From contig NC_045696.1 in assembly GCF_009834535.1 (NCBI RefSeq), positions 38,256,001 through 38,320,000 on the forward strand: DNA of 64,000 nt, given 5' to 3'. Of this stretch, positions 13,050 through 24,816 are shown piece by piece; position 1 is the stretch's first letter; each line of letters starts with the position of its first letter. The stretch comes from Camelus ferus. Lineage: Eukaryota. The translations under genes and the position numbers were made by a program. The notes beneath the pieces are model-generated. The model was given only the letters and a program-made list of their open reading frames with translations, made no database searches and had not been told where the DNA came from.

Positions 13050-13365
13050 GACAAAAATCAGTGAACTTAATACTTGATACAAGGTCAATAAACAGAAATC
13101 AATTTTATATCTGTATACTAGCAACAAACAAAAAACTAAAAAAATTAGAAGTATCACTTTTCATATCAGAAATCACAAGCACTTAGAAATAAGCAAAAAC
13201 ACTTTGCATTGGAAACTGCAGATAGTCTTTAGAGAAAGAATTACAGAAATGGAAAGTATATATCATGGATTGGACAAATCACTATTAGATTGTAGTGAAT
13301 TCTCCCCAAGTACCTTACAGGTTTAATGAATTAAATCCAGATAAATACCTCATCTAGTTTTCTTA
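13050..13365 (+). mobile_element. Old L1 ORF2 fragment (first part of an element continuing at ~13985)
   Basis: gatacaaggtcaataaacagaaatcaattttatatctgtatactagcaacaaacaa is the conserved L1 ORF2 segment (GYKINIQKS region). Confidence 0.75.
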
Positions 13366-13367
13366 GT

Positions 13368-13980
13368 TTTTTTTTCCCCTTTTAAAAACTTGAGGTAACA
13401 TTGACAAAGCATAAAATTAACCATTTTAAAGTGAATGATTCAGTGACATTTAGGATATTCACAGCATTCTGGAACCAGCACTTCTGTCTAGTTCCAAAAC
13501 ATTTTCATTGCCCCAAAAGAAAGCCTGTACCTGTTAAGCAGTTCCTCCCTATTCTCTTTCCCCCATTCCCTGGCAGGGAACAATCTTTCTGTTTCTGTGA
13601 ATTTACATATTCTGGATATTTTATATACATGGAATCATACCTTTTATATCTGGCTTCTTTCACTTAGCATAATTTTCTGAGTTTTATTCATGGGTTTCAC
13701 CCACAAAACATGTACTAATACTTCATTCCTTTTTATGGCTGAATTATATTCCATTGTATGTATATGCCACATTTTGTTTATGCATTCATCCATTGGTGGA
13801 CACTTGGGCTGCTTCACCATTTAGTTATCATTAATAGTGCTACTATGTTTATAGCTGTATTTGTTTTAGTACCTGTTTTTAATTATTTAGGCTATATACT
13901 TAGTTGTGGAATTTCTGGTTCATATGGTAATGCTATGTCTATCAAACTGTTTTCTACGGGGGATGAATCATTTTACATTC
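13368..13980 (-). mobile_element. L1MB-like 3' end nested in older L1
   Basis: T-rich start, then ttgaggtaacattgac...aaaattaaccattttaaagtg...ttcctttttatggctgaattatattccattgtatg...tggtggacacttgggctgcttc. Confidence 0.9.
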
Positions 13981-13984
13981 TTGG

Positions 13985-15155
13985 AGCTCTTGATGTGAAA
14001 GATAAAATTGTAAAGCTTTGAAAAGAAAATCTTCATGAGCTTTGAGTAGGCAAATATTTATTAAACATGACCCAAAATATGATAAACAAACAAACATGTA
14101 AATTGATCAGTATTAATATTAAGAACTTTTGTCTGTTGGAAGAAACCATTAAGGATGGGGAAAGGCAACTCACAGATTAGAAGAAGATATTTGCAATACA
14201 GTCATCTAACTGAAATATATCCAGCATATATTAAAAAACACCTCCCAAAAACCAATGAGAAGAACACAGATGATACAGTAGAAAAATGGACAAAAGAATT
14301 GAAAGGGCATTAGAGAAAGAAGATGGCCAAATACTCAATACACATATGAAAAAGAGCTCAGTTTCTTTGAAGTGTATTAAAAAATTAAATTTGAGATGGA
14401 TGGAAGGATTGATAGGCAATTTTCAAAAAAGTATAGTTGAATGTTAATTATAGTATCTAAGTGATGGATATAGATACTCATAAAATGCTTGAATTTTTAA
14501 AAATGTTCATTGTTATAATAGAAATGGAGTAAGAATAAAAACAGAATGAGTTTTTAATGTACACCTAACAGGATGGCTAAAATGAATAAAAGATATATCA
14601 GGATTTGGAAAGGATTTGGAGCAAGTGGAGCTCTCATACACTACTAGTGATTGTACAGATTGGTATAACTTCTTTGGAGAATTGTTCAGCGGTGTTTACT
14701 AAATGTTATTAGCACGTGCATTTCCTACAACCCAACAATTCTGCCTCTAGATGTGAGTGCAGTGGAATTGTGTAACATGTTCACCCAAAGACATGGACGA
14801 ACATGAATGTCAATCAAGAGGAAAATAGATAAATAGTGGTCTAGTCACAAAATACAATACTACAAAGCAATGACAGTGAGCAAACTATGTCTTCATGCAG
14901 CAGTATGGCTGAATCTCACAAATACAATGTTGAACAAAAGAAAGTAGAAATCAAGGAGTACATGCCATGTGATTCAACGCGTGCAGGATTCAAAACAGGC
15001 AAAGTTAATCCGTAATGTCAGAAGTCAGGATAGTAGTGAGTGGGGAAAAGGCAGAAGAAGGGCTTTTAAGATGCTCAAAACTGTTCTATTTTTGAGTTGA
15101 CCGATGGCCACATGGGTCTATTCACTTTGTGAAAAATTCATTGATCTGTACACTT
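13985..15155 (+). mobile_element. Old L1 (L1ME-like) ORF2 end and 3'UTR
   Basis: gaagaagatatttgcaatac, ggagcaagtggagctctcatacact, caacccaacaattctgcctctag, aatctcacaaatacaatgttgaacaaaagaa, ttcactttgtgaaaaattcattga. Confidence 0.85.
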
Positions 15156-15497
15156 AGTCATATAGTTGATTCTGCTCCCTGGAAGAAACTCCTTTGTTTG
15201 TTTTGTTCTGTGACCCCTGGTTCTGCCCTTGAGAAAGTTTTTCTCATCCATAACCACAACTGAGATGAGTCTTAGGAGGGGAATTATTCTTGTGAGGTGA
15301 ACAGGTTTCATGGTCTACTGGTGCAGATTTGGAGGCCTAGAGATTGCATTAAGAGCTGAAAAGAATTGCTCACTGCAGGTATATCATTTATTTGAAAATG
15401 TTTTCTTAAAAACACTTAGTAGGCTTAGGTCATTTTCTCCTTTGAGTAGCTATTGCCAGTGATTTCATATAGATGGCACATCACAGAAAGAGGAATA

Positions 15498-15501
<4 letters not shown>

Positions 15502-15548
<47 letters not shown>
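15502..15548. repeat. (CT)23 microsatellite
   Basis: Perfect CT run read directly. Confidence 0.97.
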
Positions 15549-15552
<4 letters not shown>

Positions 15553-17195
15553 TCACTCCCCTCTGGGCTTTGGCCCAAATCCATTCTTACAGTGCATTCA
15601 CCAGAACTCACCACATGACCTTGGCTAATTTCATTGGGAGTCAGATGTGTAGGGAAGCTCAAGAAATAACTGGCGAGCATTACTGTCTCTGTAACATCCT
15701 TTCGTTCACAGAATTCACTTTTAATTTGAGGATTCATGAGGTTTTTTTAGTTTTATTCTTCTCTTCAAGAAAATTCACAACTATTATCTTCTCATGTATT
15801 CCATTTTCTTTTGTCGTAAGATAAATATTGGAACTTTTCAGCTGGTTCCCTGTATTTCTTAGTAGTTCTTCCATAATTTAAAATCATTTTCTCTCCTTGT
15901 AGGTTAATCAGTGTAAGTTATTACTATTAAATTTCAATGTATATTCCAACATATTAATCATTATTGTCCATTCTAGTGTTTGGCCTGTCTCCTGATTTCA
16001 TACCAGTTAATACATATGTGTGAGTTTCTGCATATTTCTGATTGTTTCTTTTTTGCTGTTCTCTCCTTTTACTTCATTTCACTCTGCTTTTGCCTCCCCC
16101 ACCTTTATTTTTACTCTTTTTTATAGTGGAAGTTATTCCAGCATTTATATATTTGACATCTTAAATATATTTATGAATCTTTTCAGATTGTATTGTGAAA
16201 TTATTTTCATTCATGTGTACTTTGTGTTATTATTGGTTTCATTGGCTCATTTCCATAACATTTCATTTCTTCAGCTTGGAGCAATTCTTTGTTACTAAAC
16301 TAGGCCTACAAATTGCTCAGCAGCCATATTTGTTTGTTTTAAGCTTCCTTTCATGTGCTGACGTAGGCAGTGAGATGGAGAAAAAGTCATGCTCCATGTG
16401 GTAAGCCTGGCCCTTGTGTTCAGTCTCACGTGAAAGATTTTTGTCCTTTGCCCTGCCTGAAGAGTTAAAACTACTAAGCACCAATACTTGCTTTCAGACA
16501 AAGGTCTCAGCGGGTCAATGGCTTCAGGTCTCCTCACTGCTTTGCATTTGTGATCGGTTTTTTTCCCAAGAGTTCTTGTTTTTATCCTGGCTATGTAATT
16601 TTTAATTTTTATTTTCTAATTTTCCATTTTGTTTATCACTTCTCTAGGTTTAACAGTAAAATGTTACTAAAGCAAGGAATTGTAACATCACCTTGACTTG
16701 AAATTCAGCATAACAAAAATTAAGACACTATCCAAACACTTACCTGTTGGGATAAAGGACCTTTTATACACTTGTTAGTTTTTATAAATGTTTCATTTAC
16801 CTATTAAGATTGAATAGTTTTTAAGCACAAGTCATCTATTTAAAATTTTAGAACCAGACTTCGGAAAAAGGCATTCAAGATTATATTTTTTAAAAAACGT
16901 GAATGGCATTTCTGTCCTTTATCCTATTAGTAATTTAAAAACTACCACAAAATTAAAATAGCTATTTCCCCAAATATCATTGATAATACTTCAAAAGAGT
17001 CATGTACAACTCGTTGTTGCAGTTTTATTGTAATTTAAAAACTAGTGTGATTTTTAGAAGTACGTTTTATTGTTATTCCCTGTTAATAAGGTCTCTACAA
17101 ATAGCAATGCATTGATACCAAAGTTTTTTACAAACACTGATTACTACCCAATGCCAGTTAACTATTTTATGTATTTTGTACTAAGCTTCAGGCAA

Positions 17196-17198
<3 letters not shown>

Positions 17199-17236
<38 letters not shown>
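17199..17236. repeat. (CA)19 microsatellite
   Basis: Perfect CA run read directly. Confidence 0.97.
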
Positions 17237-17239
<3 letters not shown>

Positions 17240-18667
17240 GCCCTCTCTGTGTATTACGTTTCTCAGTCCTGAGTAGTGATTTTGCTATGTGTGTAATAGC
17301 AGACCAAATTTCTTCTTATGGCAGCGAGTTACCCATTATCTAATCTGCTGTGAAGCAGATCTTGATAGGTGCTAGCACCAAACCACCCTGGTTAAAGATA
17401 GAGGGCAAGCTATCCTTTTCCTCTGGTTTTTCGGATTTACACCTGGGAATCTGAGAGGATGTTACTCAGTCAAAAGATACTTTTCTGTTCTCTTTTGGAT
17501 TGACTTTTCTGTTCAGAGGCTCACTCTCCATTTAGAAAAGCAGTCGTCAAAATAGGCTCGTCTGCAGACTATTCCTTCTCCATAAAACTAAATGTGTCAT
17601 TTGTTCCTGAGCAGATGTTAACAAATATAATCAGAAATTCTAATGTAGCTGCATGTGTAGAGAGAGCAGCAAAATAAAGGGAAGCATGCTAACTAAAATT
17701 AAAGTGTAGTTCAGTGACTTCCTTTATGAAAGAATTTTTCCAAATGGATCCCAGAATTCATAAATATCTTGTGAGTGTCTGATTGACAATGCGAGTGATG
17801 TTACAGAAATCTTCAAAGCAAGTTTTGTCTTCTCATTGTATGTGATTTGGTAGTTTCTCCATTTGCCCCTGGAAAGTATAGTATGAAGGAATGAACTAGT
17901 TTACATTGGTGAACTAGCCATTGCTGCACTTAGTGCCAGACAATTCTCAAGACAAAATGTTTTATACCTCAATACATAATATTTAAATTCCAAAATCTTA
18001 AGACTTCAAAGCCTAAAAATAAGTGGAAAGGAAAACTATTGATTTTGTAATGTTTTACATTACTTCAGTTTTAAGAAATACTGTTACAGTTACCTGTTTT
18101 GGAGTAAATATTGCTAAAGAAAAAAAACATCTCTTGAAACTAATGCTACATAATTGAAATTTAATCCTTAACTAAGACAATGCCCAGAAACAAAGTGAAG
18201 CTTTTAGGTATGTTACTGTTTTATGATCGTTATCCAAACTTTTTAATATTAAAACAATGAACTCTGCCTGTATAATTATTTAATATTTGTAATGTGACTT
18301 AAATATTGTTATTGGGAGCCATGCTAAGGGTAAGATATAGAATTTTACTGAAATGGGATACACATAGCTGATGGAAGAAATCTGTCATAGCATGAACAAT
18401 AGCGATGGATAGTTTGACAGCCTCAGCAGTACCTTCCTGCCTTCTCATTTTCACTACCACAGGGGAGTCAGAGTAATCATTCAAAGTTTCAACGGACTCT
18501 TCTGTTCACAGTGTTTTCTCATTTGTAAATTACTTAAAGAATTTAAATGACCAATGATTATTTATACATGTAAAAAATGTAATGTGTAGATAATTTAAGT
18601 AACCAGTTATGACTAGTTAAAAGTACAACGTAATCAAGAATTACATATAATATTGTACATTATATAA

Positions 18668-19096
18668 TATACTAGTTGCTAGGGGTGCTGTGATAAATTT
18701 TCACAAACTGGTGGCTTCAAAGAATAGCAATTTATTCTCTCACAGTCCTGGAAGTCGGAAGTGTTAAGTCAAAGCAGTGGCAGTGTCAAGCTCCCTCTGA
18801 AGGCTCTAGGAAAGAGTCCTTCCTTGCATCTTCTAAGCTTCTGGTGTTTGCCAGCAATCCTTGGCATCCCTTGGCTTGTGGCTGCATCACCCCACTTTAT
18901 GCCTCCATCTTCACATGGCTGTCCTCCCTCTGTATATGTCTGTATCTTCTTAAAAGGACACCAGGTATTGAATTTAGGCTCTACCCTAATTCATTATGAC
19001 ATTACCTCAATTTGATTACATTTGTTTCAGATGAGGTTTCACATTTACAGGTTCTAGATGAACATGGAGTGTGTGGGCACTTTTCAACCCACTACA
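18668..19096 (-). mobile_element. MLT1B/C-like MaLR solo LTR
   Basis: ctaggggtgctgtgataaa...aaactggtggctt...atttattctctcacagt...ctccctctgaaggctctagg...gcaatccttggcatcccttggcttgtgg...ttcaacccactaca, close to full length. Confidence 0.92.
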
Positions 19097-22000
19097 GGTC
19101 AATACTGTTGTTCAGTGTCTGTTTCTTTCTTCAGGGTTAACATCTGATGTTTGAGTACCTCATCAAGTACACTCATCAAGGAGTAGTTGGAAAGCTAAGG
19201 GGAGTTAACCACATACACATTAGTGAAAAATATTTGATAATTATTTGCTGGTAAAATAATTACTGTTTCTTAGGTCTTTTAGTATTTCATTATAAGCTAT
19301 AGTCCTGTTGTCCTGGAGGATGCTGTCTTTGGTAAAATCTGAAAAAATGATATTAAATACAACACAGAGACTAATGGAAACAATGGGATTTGGGAAATTT
19401 GTGTATTTTCTCTAATTTTATGATATAATCTTAATTCACAGTTTAAGTGTGGCCTCCAACAGCCCTTATAAAGATCTTGAAAAGTTTCTGAAATGATGGA
19501 AACATAATCATTTTCTATTGACTCTTAGTGGTCTTATGGGTGTTTCTTACTGTCAGGATTTGGTCTCTTGTCTAGTGTGAATCAATGGCAATTAAAGTAG
19601 ATTATTATCCAAGATGGTTCCTTTTGAAAATGAAATGGGCATTAATTAATAATTACTCTGGGACAATGCGTATAAACAAGGCATTCAATACTGCTAACTA
19701 TTTATTAATTTACAGATCTTTTTGTTGGTAATTGGAATAATTGTGTCTCTCCCATGCCTCAACACAGAAAAATGTATTGATCAGATATAGCTTATTTTAG
19801 TCATGGTTGATGTTTCATAGTCGTTAAACTACAGAGGAGGAAGATACTAATTCAGTGAGATGACTGTGCAAGTTGGTGTTATCTGCAGAATCCCAAGAAG
19901 GAGAGAAAGTACTTACGTAATTTGGAAGAAAATGTAAAAGCTACTATTTACTTTAAAATTTCACGTGTAATAAATTAAATATTATACTTGTACACATGTC
20001 CTTTTTATCCCAGATGCTTAGATTTTGCAAATGAAATTAAATCATATTGAATATCATTAGAATATTATTGAAAATATTCTGAAAGGAGACTTAAATTTTT
20101 TTAAGCTCTATTAATCTTGATGACTCCTTTTTGTGGGAGAAGGATCAGAATTTTCTTTTTAGGATCCTCATTTTAAATAATTGCAAATTCAGTTATGTAA
20201 ATTCACCTGTTGAGTCTCATTTATGATAGATGATATGTGGAAAGATAAATGTTTCAGGGATATGTGTTTTAATGTTCAGTTTTAAGAAAAAGCAAAGGAA
20301 ATAAAAAGAGAGAAAGAAGAAGATAGTGAATACAATGAACATAAGAATATAGGAAATGGGGAAGGAAAGAGAGGGGGCTTTTGAGGAACAGAGAGTAAGC
20401 CTATGCTAGCAAGCATGGAAAGAGAAGTTTGGTTTTGAAAATTTTTTATTGTCTGCAGAATGTAACTAAATAAGAAGATTTACACAGTGGTTTTGCCACA
20501 GGAATAGGCTCTGGCATGTGCCAATGCAATTAAGCATCCCATTCATCTCTGTCAGTCATGGCCCTTCAAAGACTGATTTCAAAGAATTACTTGTTGTGAG
20601 AGGGAGGACATAAGGAAACATTTGAAACAACAAGTGATTAATGGTATCATTATGGAGTCCTGTAGCTATTATGCAAAACCTACAGCGTTTCTGTGAACAA
20701 AATGAAAAAACTGGAATATCCATGGGTTTCACATTCTGAATCTTTGACTAAAAATGAATTAATGTAACTGGCCACAGACTGAAGATAAACTAGACTGCCT
20801 GGCTAAATAGCAAGTGGTGATCAGTGTTGATTCTAACTATACATTTGGCTGAGAGTAGAAAAGAAGTAATATCATTTCTGTTGCATAATAGTGACATTTG
20901 ATGCCTAGAGGCAGCACATTAGGAAAGGCAAAAAATCTCGTGGAGAATGATACTGTCAGTGAGACAGGCAGTTTTTATCAATTCATCAGCCAGGAGATTC
21001 TGAAGCTCTCTGCCATGGGCACCTTAGGTTAAACCAAATATATTTATGGGATTTGCAGCAGGTCTAAATATTTGAGTATGCCAATGAGGAAATAGCACAC
21101 ATACTGGCTGTCAAAGGAAAAAAAATAAGTAGATATATATGTACAGGCTTATGAGGGTAGCCATGACTATTATATATGGTTAAATGAAAACAGCTATTTC
21201 AGAACTGCATGTATAACACAACCTTATTTTTAACCTTAAAATGATGCCTACAAAATTATTGGCTACAAATATAAACACAAGTTGGTTATACTGCGATAAT
21301 TCAATTACCTGTTGGATTCAGGATTGGATTGAGAGGACTCTGGAAGAAGATAACTAATTTTTTTTTCACCTTATATCCTTTTATTAAAAAATAGAAGAAT
21401 TATAGATGATATTCACATTCATTTTATGCCTTTATAATAAGCAAGAAAAATGCCTGGACTTCTAAAAAGGAATAAAATTATTAAAATGTTGGTTGTCATA
21501 ACAGATAGAATAAAAATAAAACTGCATGATTTATAACTTAAACTCATATTGAAGGAGCAACAACAGCTTCCTGAGTTGCCAAATGGATAAGAATGGTGTC
21601 TTGGTCCTTAGGGGAAAAAAAGTAGAGGAGAATGTGTGACAAAATTAATATTGCCAAGGAGAACAAAGGAGGACACCAGATTCATTTTCTGGCCGAGAGT
21701 CTACAAGTATAATTATGATTTTTAAGAGTTTTCAAGCAACCACTGATAAATTTCCAAGAAATCTTAAAAGTAGTGGTATTATAAAGTATTTGGATATGCA
21801 GTCATATCCACTAATATGTGTCAGTTCTGCTAAGCATCTCTTAATTTTGCAGGCTATGTAGTACCAAAAGACAGGTTGAATGTTGTCCTGGAAGGTACTA
21901 TTTTCTCTATTGTATTTGTAAGTAAAGTACAAGGACTTAAAGACATCACTGTGGTTTACTACAGAGTGGGATGATTATGCCAATGTCACAAAACTCATTG

Positions 22001-22194
22001 CTAATTTAATATATCAGGGTGTTACATCGCCAACAAGAAAGGCAATGGGAAAAGACCATTGAGAGCATTCAGGCAGTGGAGATCTCTTAGTATTCTTTAG
22101 CATTGTGTGAAATTTCTGCTTTGGGAAGGGTGGGCACACTTGCTGTTAGACTGAACAGATATTTGTCAGAGAAGGTTTTTAAAGCAATTTGGTC

Positions 22195-22770
22195 AGTCTT
22201 GCCTAGTAGGAAAACCAGAACCTCCTTAGTTAATTCTAACAAAGGAATTAAAACAGGAATTTGTTTACAGATGTGTTAGAAGGACTAGAGGAGTAAAAGG
22301 GGGAAGTAAATATAGGAAAAGATCAGTAATTGCAGGGAACTACTGTTATCCCTTGGGCTGGAGGGGCAAAAAGAAAGTGATTATCCAGGGCCTCCTGTTG
22401 GAGCACTGCTAAGGCCATTCTGCTGTTGAAACCACTGACGCTCCATTTTTCAGCAAGCCAGGAGTCACACACCTGCTATTGCCAGGGAATCTTGTAGAAT
22501 CACAGCCAGCTGAAGCTCTTGGACTCGTCTATGCGGTGCCTGGAGTCCACAGCTCAGTTGCTGAATCTGCATTGCCTGGAGCAGGAGTCAGTGAGGCTGT
22601 GCTGCCTAGTTGGCTTAACTACCCCTGCCTCAGCTGCCAGAGCCAGAAGTAGAAATGGCTGGGGTGGGGAGGGGTAATGCCCTTTCTCCTCCTGCTTCTA
22701 ATCTCACATCAGTGCTTCATTGACAGGACCTAACTACAAGTCAGGCAGCAAAGGATTCCAGGAAATTGCT
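22195..22770. mobile_element. Ancient ERV-type LTR, family unresolved
   Basis: GC-richer block ending ctcctgcttctaatctc...cattgacaggacctaact...gcagcaaagga, as in old mammalian LTRs. Confidence 0.5.
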
Positions 22771-22784
22771 ACCTCATACTAATT

Positions 22785-23230
22785 GTATTCATTAATTCAA
22801 CAAGTATATGTAAAACATCTATGTATGTCAGATATATTTTAAACACTGGGGACTCAAATGTAAACAAAACTGACAAAGCTTCTGTTTTACATGGTGCTTG
22901 CATTTTAGCAGAGAGAAAAAGAATATAATTGCATGTATGCTACTATAACATTAAGTGGTGGTGAGGTCTAAGAAGAAGTAAAGGAATGAAAGAAGAGTGA
23001 CAGACTGATGGTTAAATGGCACTGGAGTTGGGGGAAATCTCACTGATGAAGTAATATTTGAGCAGAACTCTAAAAACTTAAAAAGGATGGTGAGCCATGT
23101 GGGTAGCAGAGGGAAGAGTGTTCTTGGGAAAGGTATTATCTTGTACTAGATGATTGACAAATATGAGGAAAAATATGGAAGCCAGCATGGCTGGTGCAGA
23201 GGAAGCAAGGGTAAGAATTGTAGGGGTTCG
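22785..23230 (-). mobile_element. L2 (L2a-like) 3' region
   Basis: attcattaattcaacaagtat...ctatgtatgtcag...ctcactgatgaagtaatatttgagcaga...ggaagccagcatggctggtgcagagg. Confidence 0.85.
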
Positions 23231-24728
23231 GGGCAAAGAAGTATTGTTCCCCTTCCCCCCTGCATTGATAACAATTAACTCATTTGACTCAGATATTCTG
23301 TGGAGCCCTCTTTGAGAGACTCTGTTCAAAGGCACATTAGAAATTTGTAGATTTTTGTAAGAACTCCAGCAGTGGCAGTGCTTCTAAATTTGATGTACAG
23401 AATGATGATATGCATGGAACTCCTGCCAAATAAAATTAACTCTCATAGAAATGAAAACGAAAATATTTTACTTGTCAAATTAACTCTGTAAACAGATAAT
23501 AACACTGACAAAAGAGCATTAAAACTAGTATTCTTTTTCATGCTGAATAGCACTGTATATTGAAAAACAAGCACATACCGTAAACCATAAAATCAATCAT
23601 ATTCTTTCCTAGTATTACCATTTATGAGAATCTTGCCTAGAGAATGCAAAAAGTACATGTGACATGTGCTTGAAGATGTTAATTGCCTAGTTATCTAACA
23701 TTTCTTAGAGAACAAAGAAAAATGGCTTTAGAATTCACAGTACATTAATATTTATGGTGCAACAAATAGAATTTCATTAAATCATGGATGTTTCATGGTG
23801 ACTTGGGTCTATTAAGAACTTCAAGGTCTTAAGATCTTTCCTGGTCTGTGAATAATTTTATAGGAATATTTTGTTTTAAAATCCTTCGAAACTTATTTTA
23901 CTTGTGATATAGAATATTCCTCCTGGGTTTGACTTTTTTTTTAATTATAACTTTTGACATTCAGAATTTCTGAGCATGCAGTTACTCAATCCATGGCACT
24001 TGGCTTAGTCACGCAGCATCCTGAATTCATAGAATCAAGTGTGAAATTTCAGACAAAAAAAATCATATGGAATATTATTATATCTTTCTGCAAAGAAAAT
24101 AATTACAAAACTAAAATTAAAAAAACTTATAATGTCATCTAAACCAAACTATGTATTTCACAATTCTATGGCACTGGATTCTAGAATGATAAATATACTC
24201 GAACTGAAATGTCTTATATGTTTCATCACTTGTAGAAAAACTTGTAGCTTCTATAAAAAACTTATAGCATGCAAGAAAGAAGACTATTAATTATGCTCAT
24301 CAGGTTTTTCTTACTATTACAGGATTCACTAAGAGTGATAATCTATACAAATACCAGAAAAGAGAAATTGATTTTAATTTATTGCATATGGATCTTTTAA
24401 ATACAGGAAATTTTTAGGGTACAGGAGTAATGAATTTTATCATAGATTACCTACAAATCATAGAATCTCATACTTTTAAGATTTTTAAATTAGAATAACT
24501 TTCTAAGTACATATCTAATGTACATATGAATATGTAGAGAGATTAGTAGTTCAAAACTCAGAATTACGTTTTATAAAGTCTGAATATGAAAGGTCTGCTG
24601 AGTATAGATCATATTAAGAAATCACAGAGAGACCCAGTGAAATACCAAAAATGTTATTGTTTTTACTGTTTAAAAAAATAATGAATTAGTCAGATTAGTT
24701 TACCAAGAAATTGGTAAGCATAGCTACC

Positions 24729-24816
24729 AGAGAGAGAGAGAGAGGGGGAGAGAACGGTGGCAGGCAAGATAACTTCCATTCCCCTACTTTCTCTCCCCCT
24801 CTCCCTCTCCCTCTCT
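24729..24816. repeat. GA-rich and CT-rich tracts forming an inverted repeat
   Basis: 24729-24754 and 24789-24814 are reverse complements at 24 of 26 positions. Confidence 0.85.

Noticed and set aside
15453..15824. ORFs with SLSLSL or ERERER repeats
   Set aside because: Translation of the (CT)23 microsatellite.
19135..19250. Acceptor tttctttcttcag with downstream gtaaaa as a coding exon
   Set aside because: Stops in all three frames within about 20 nt and a weak donor.
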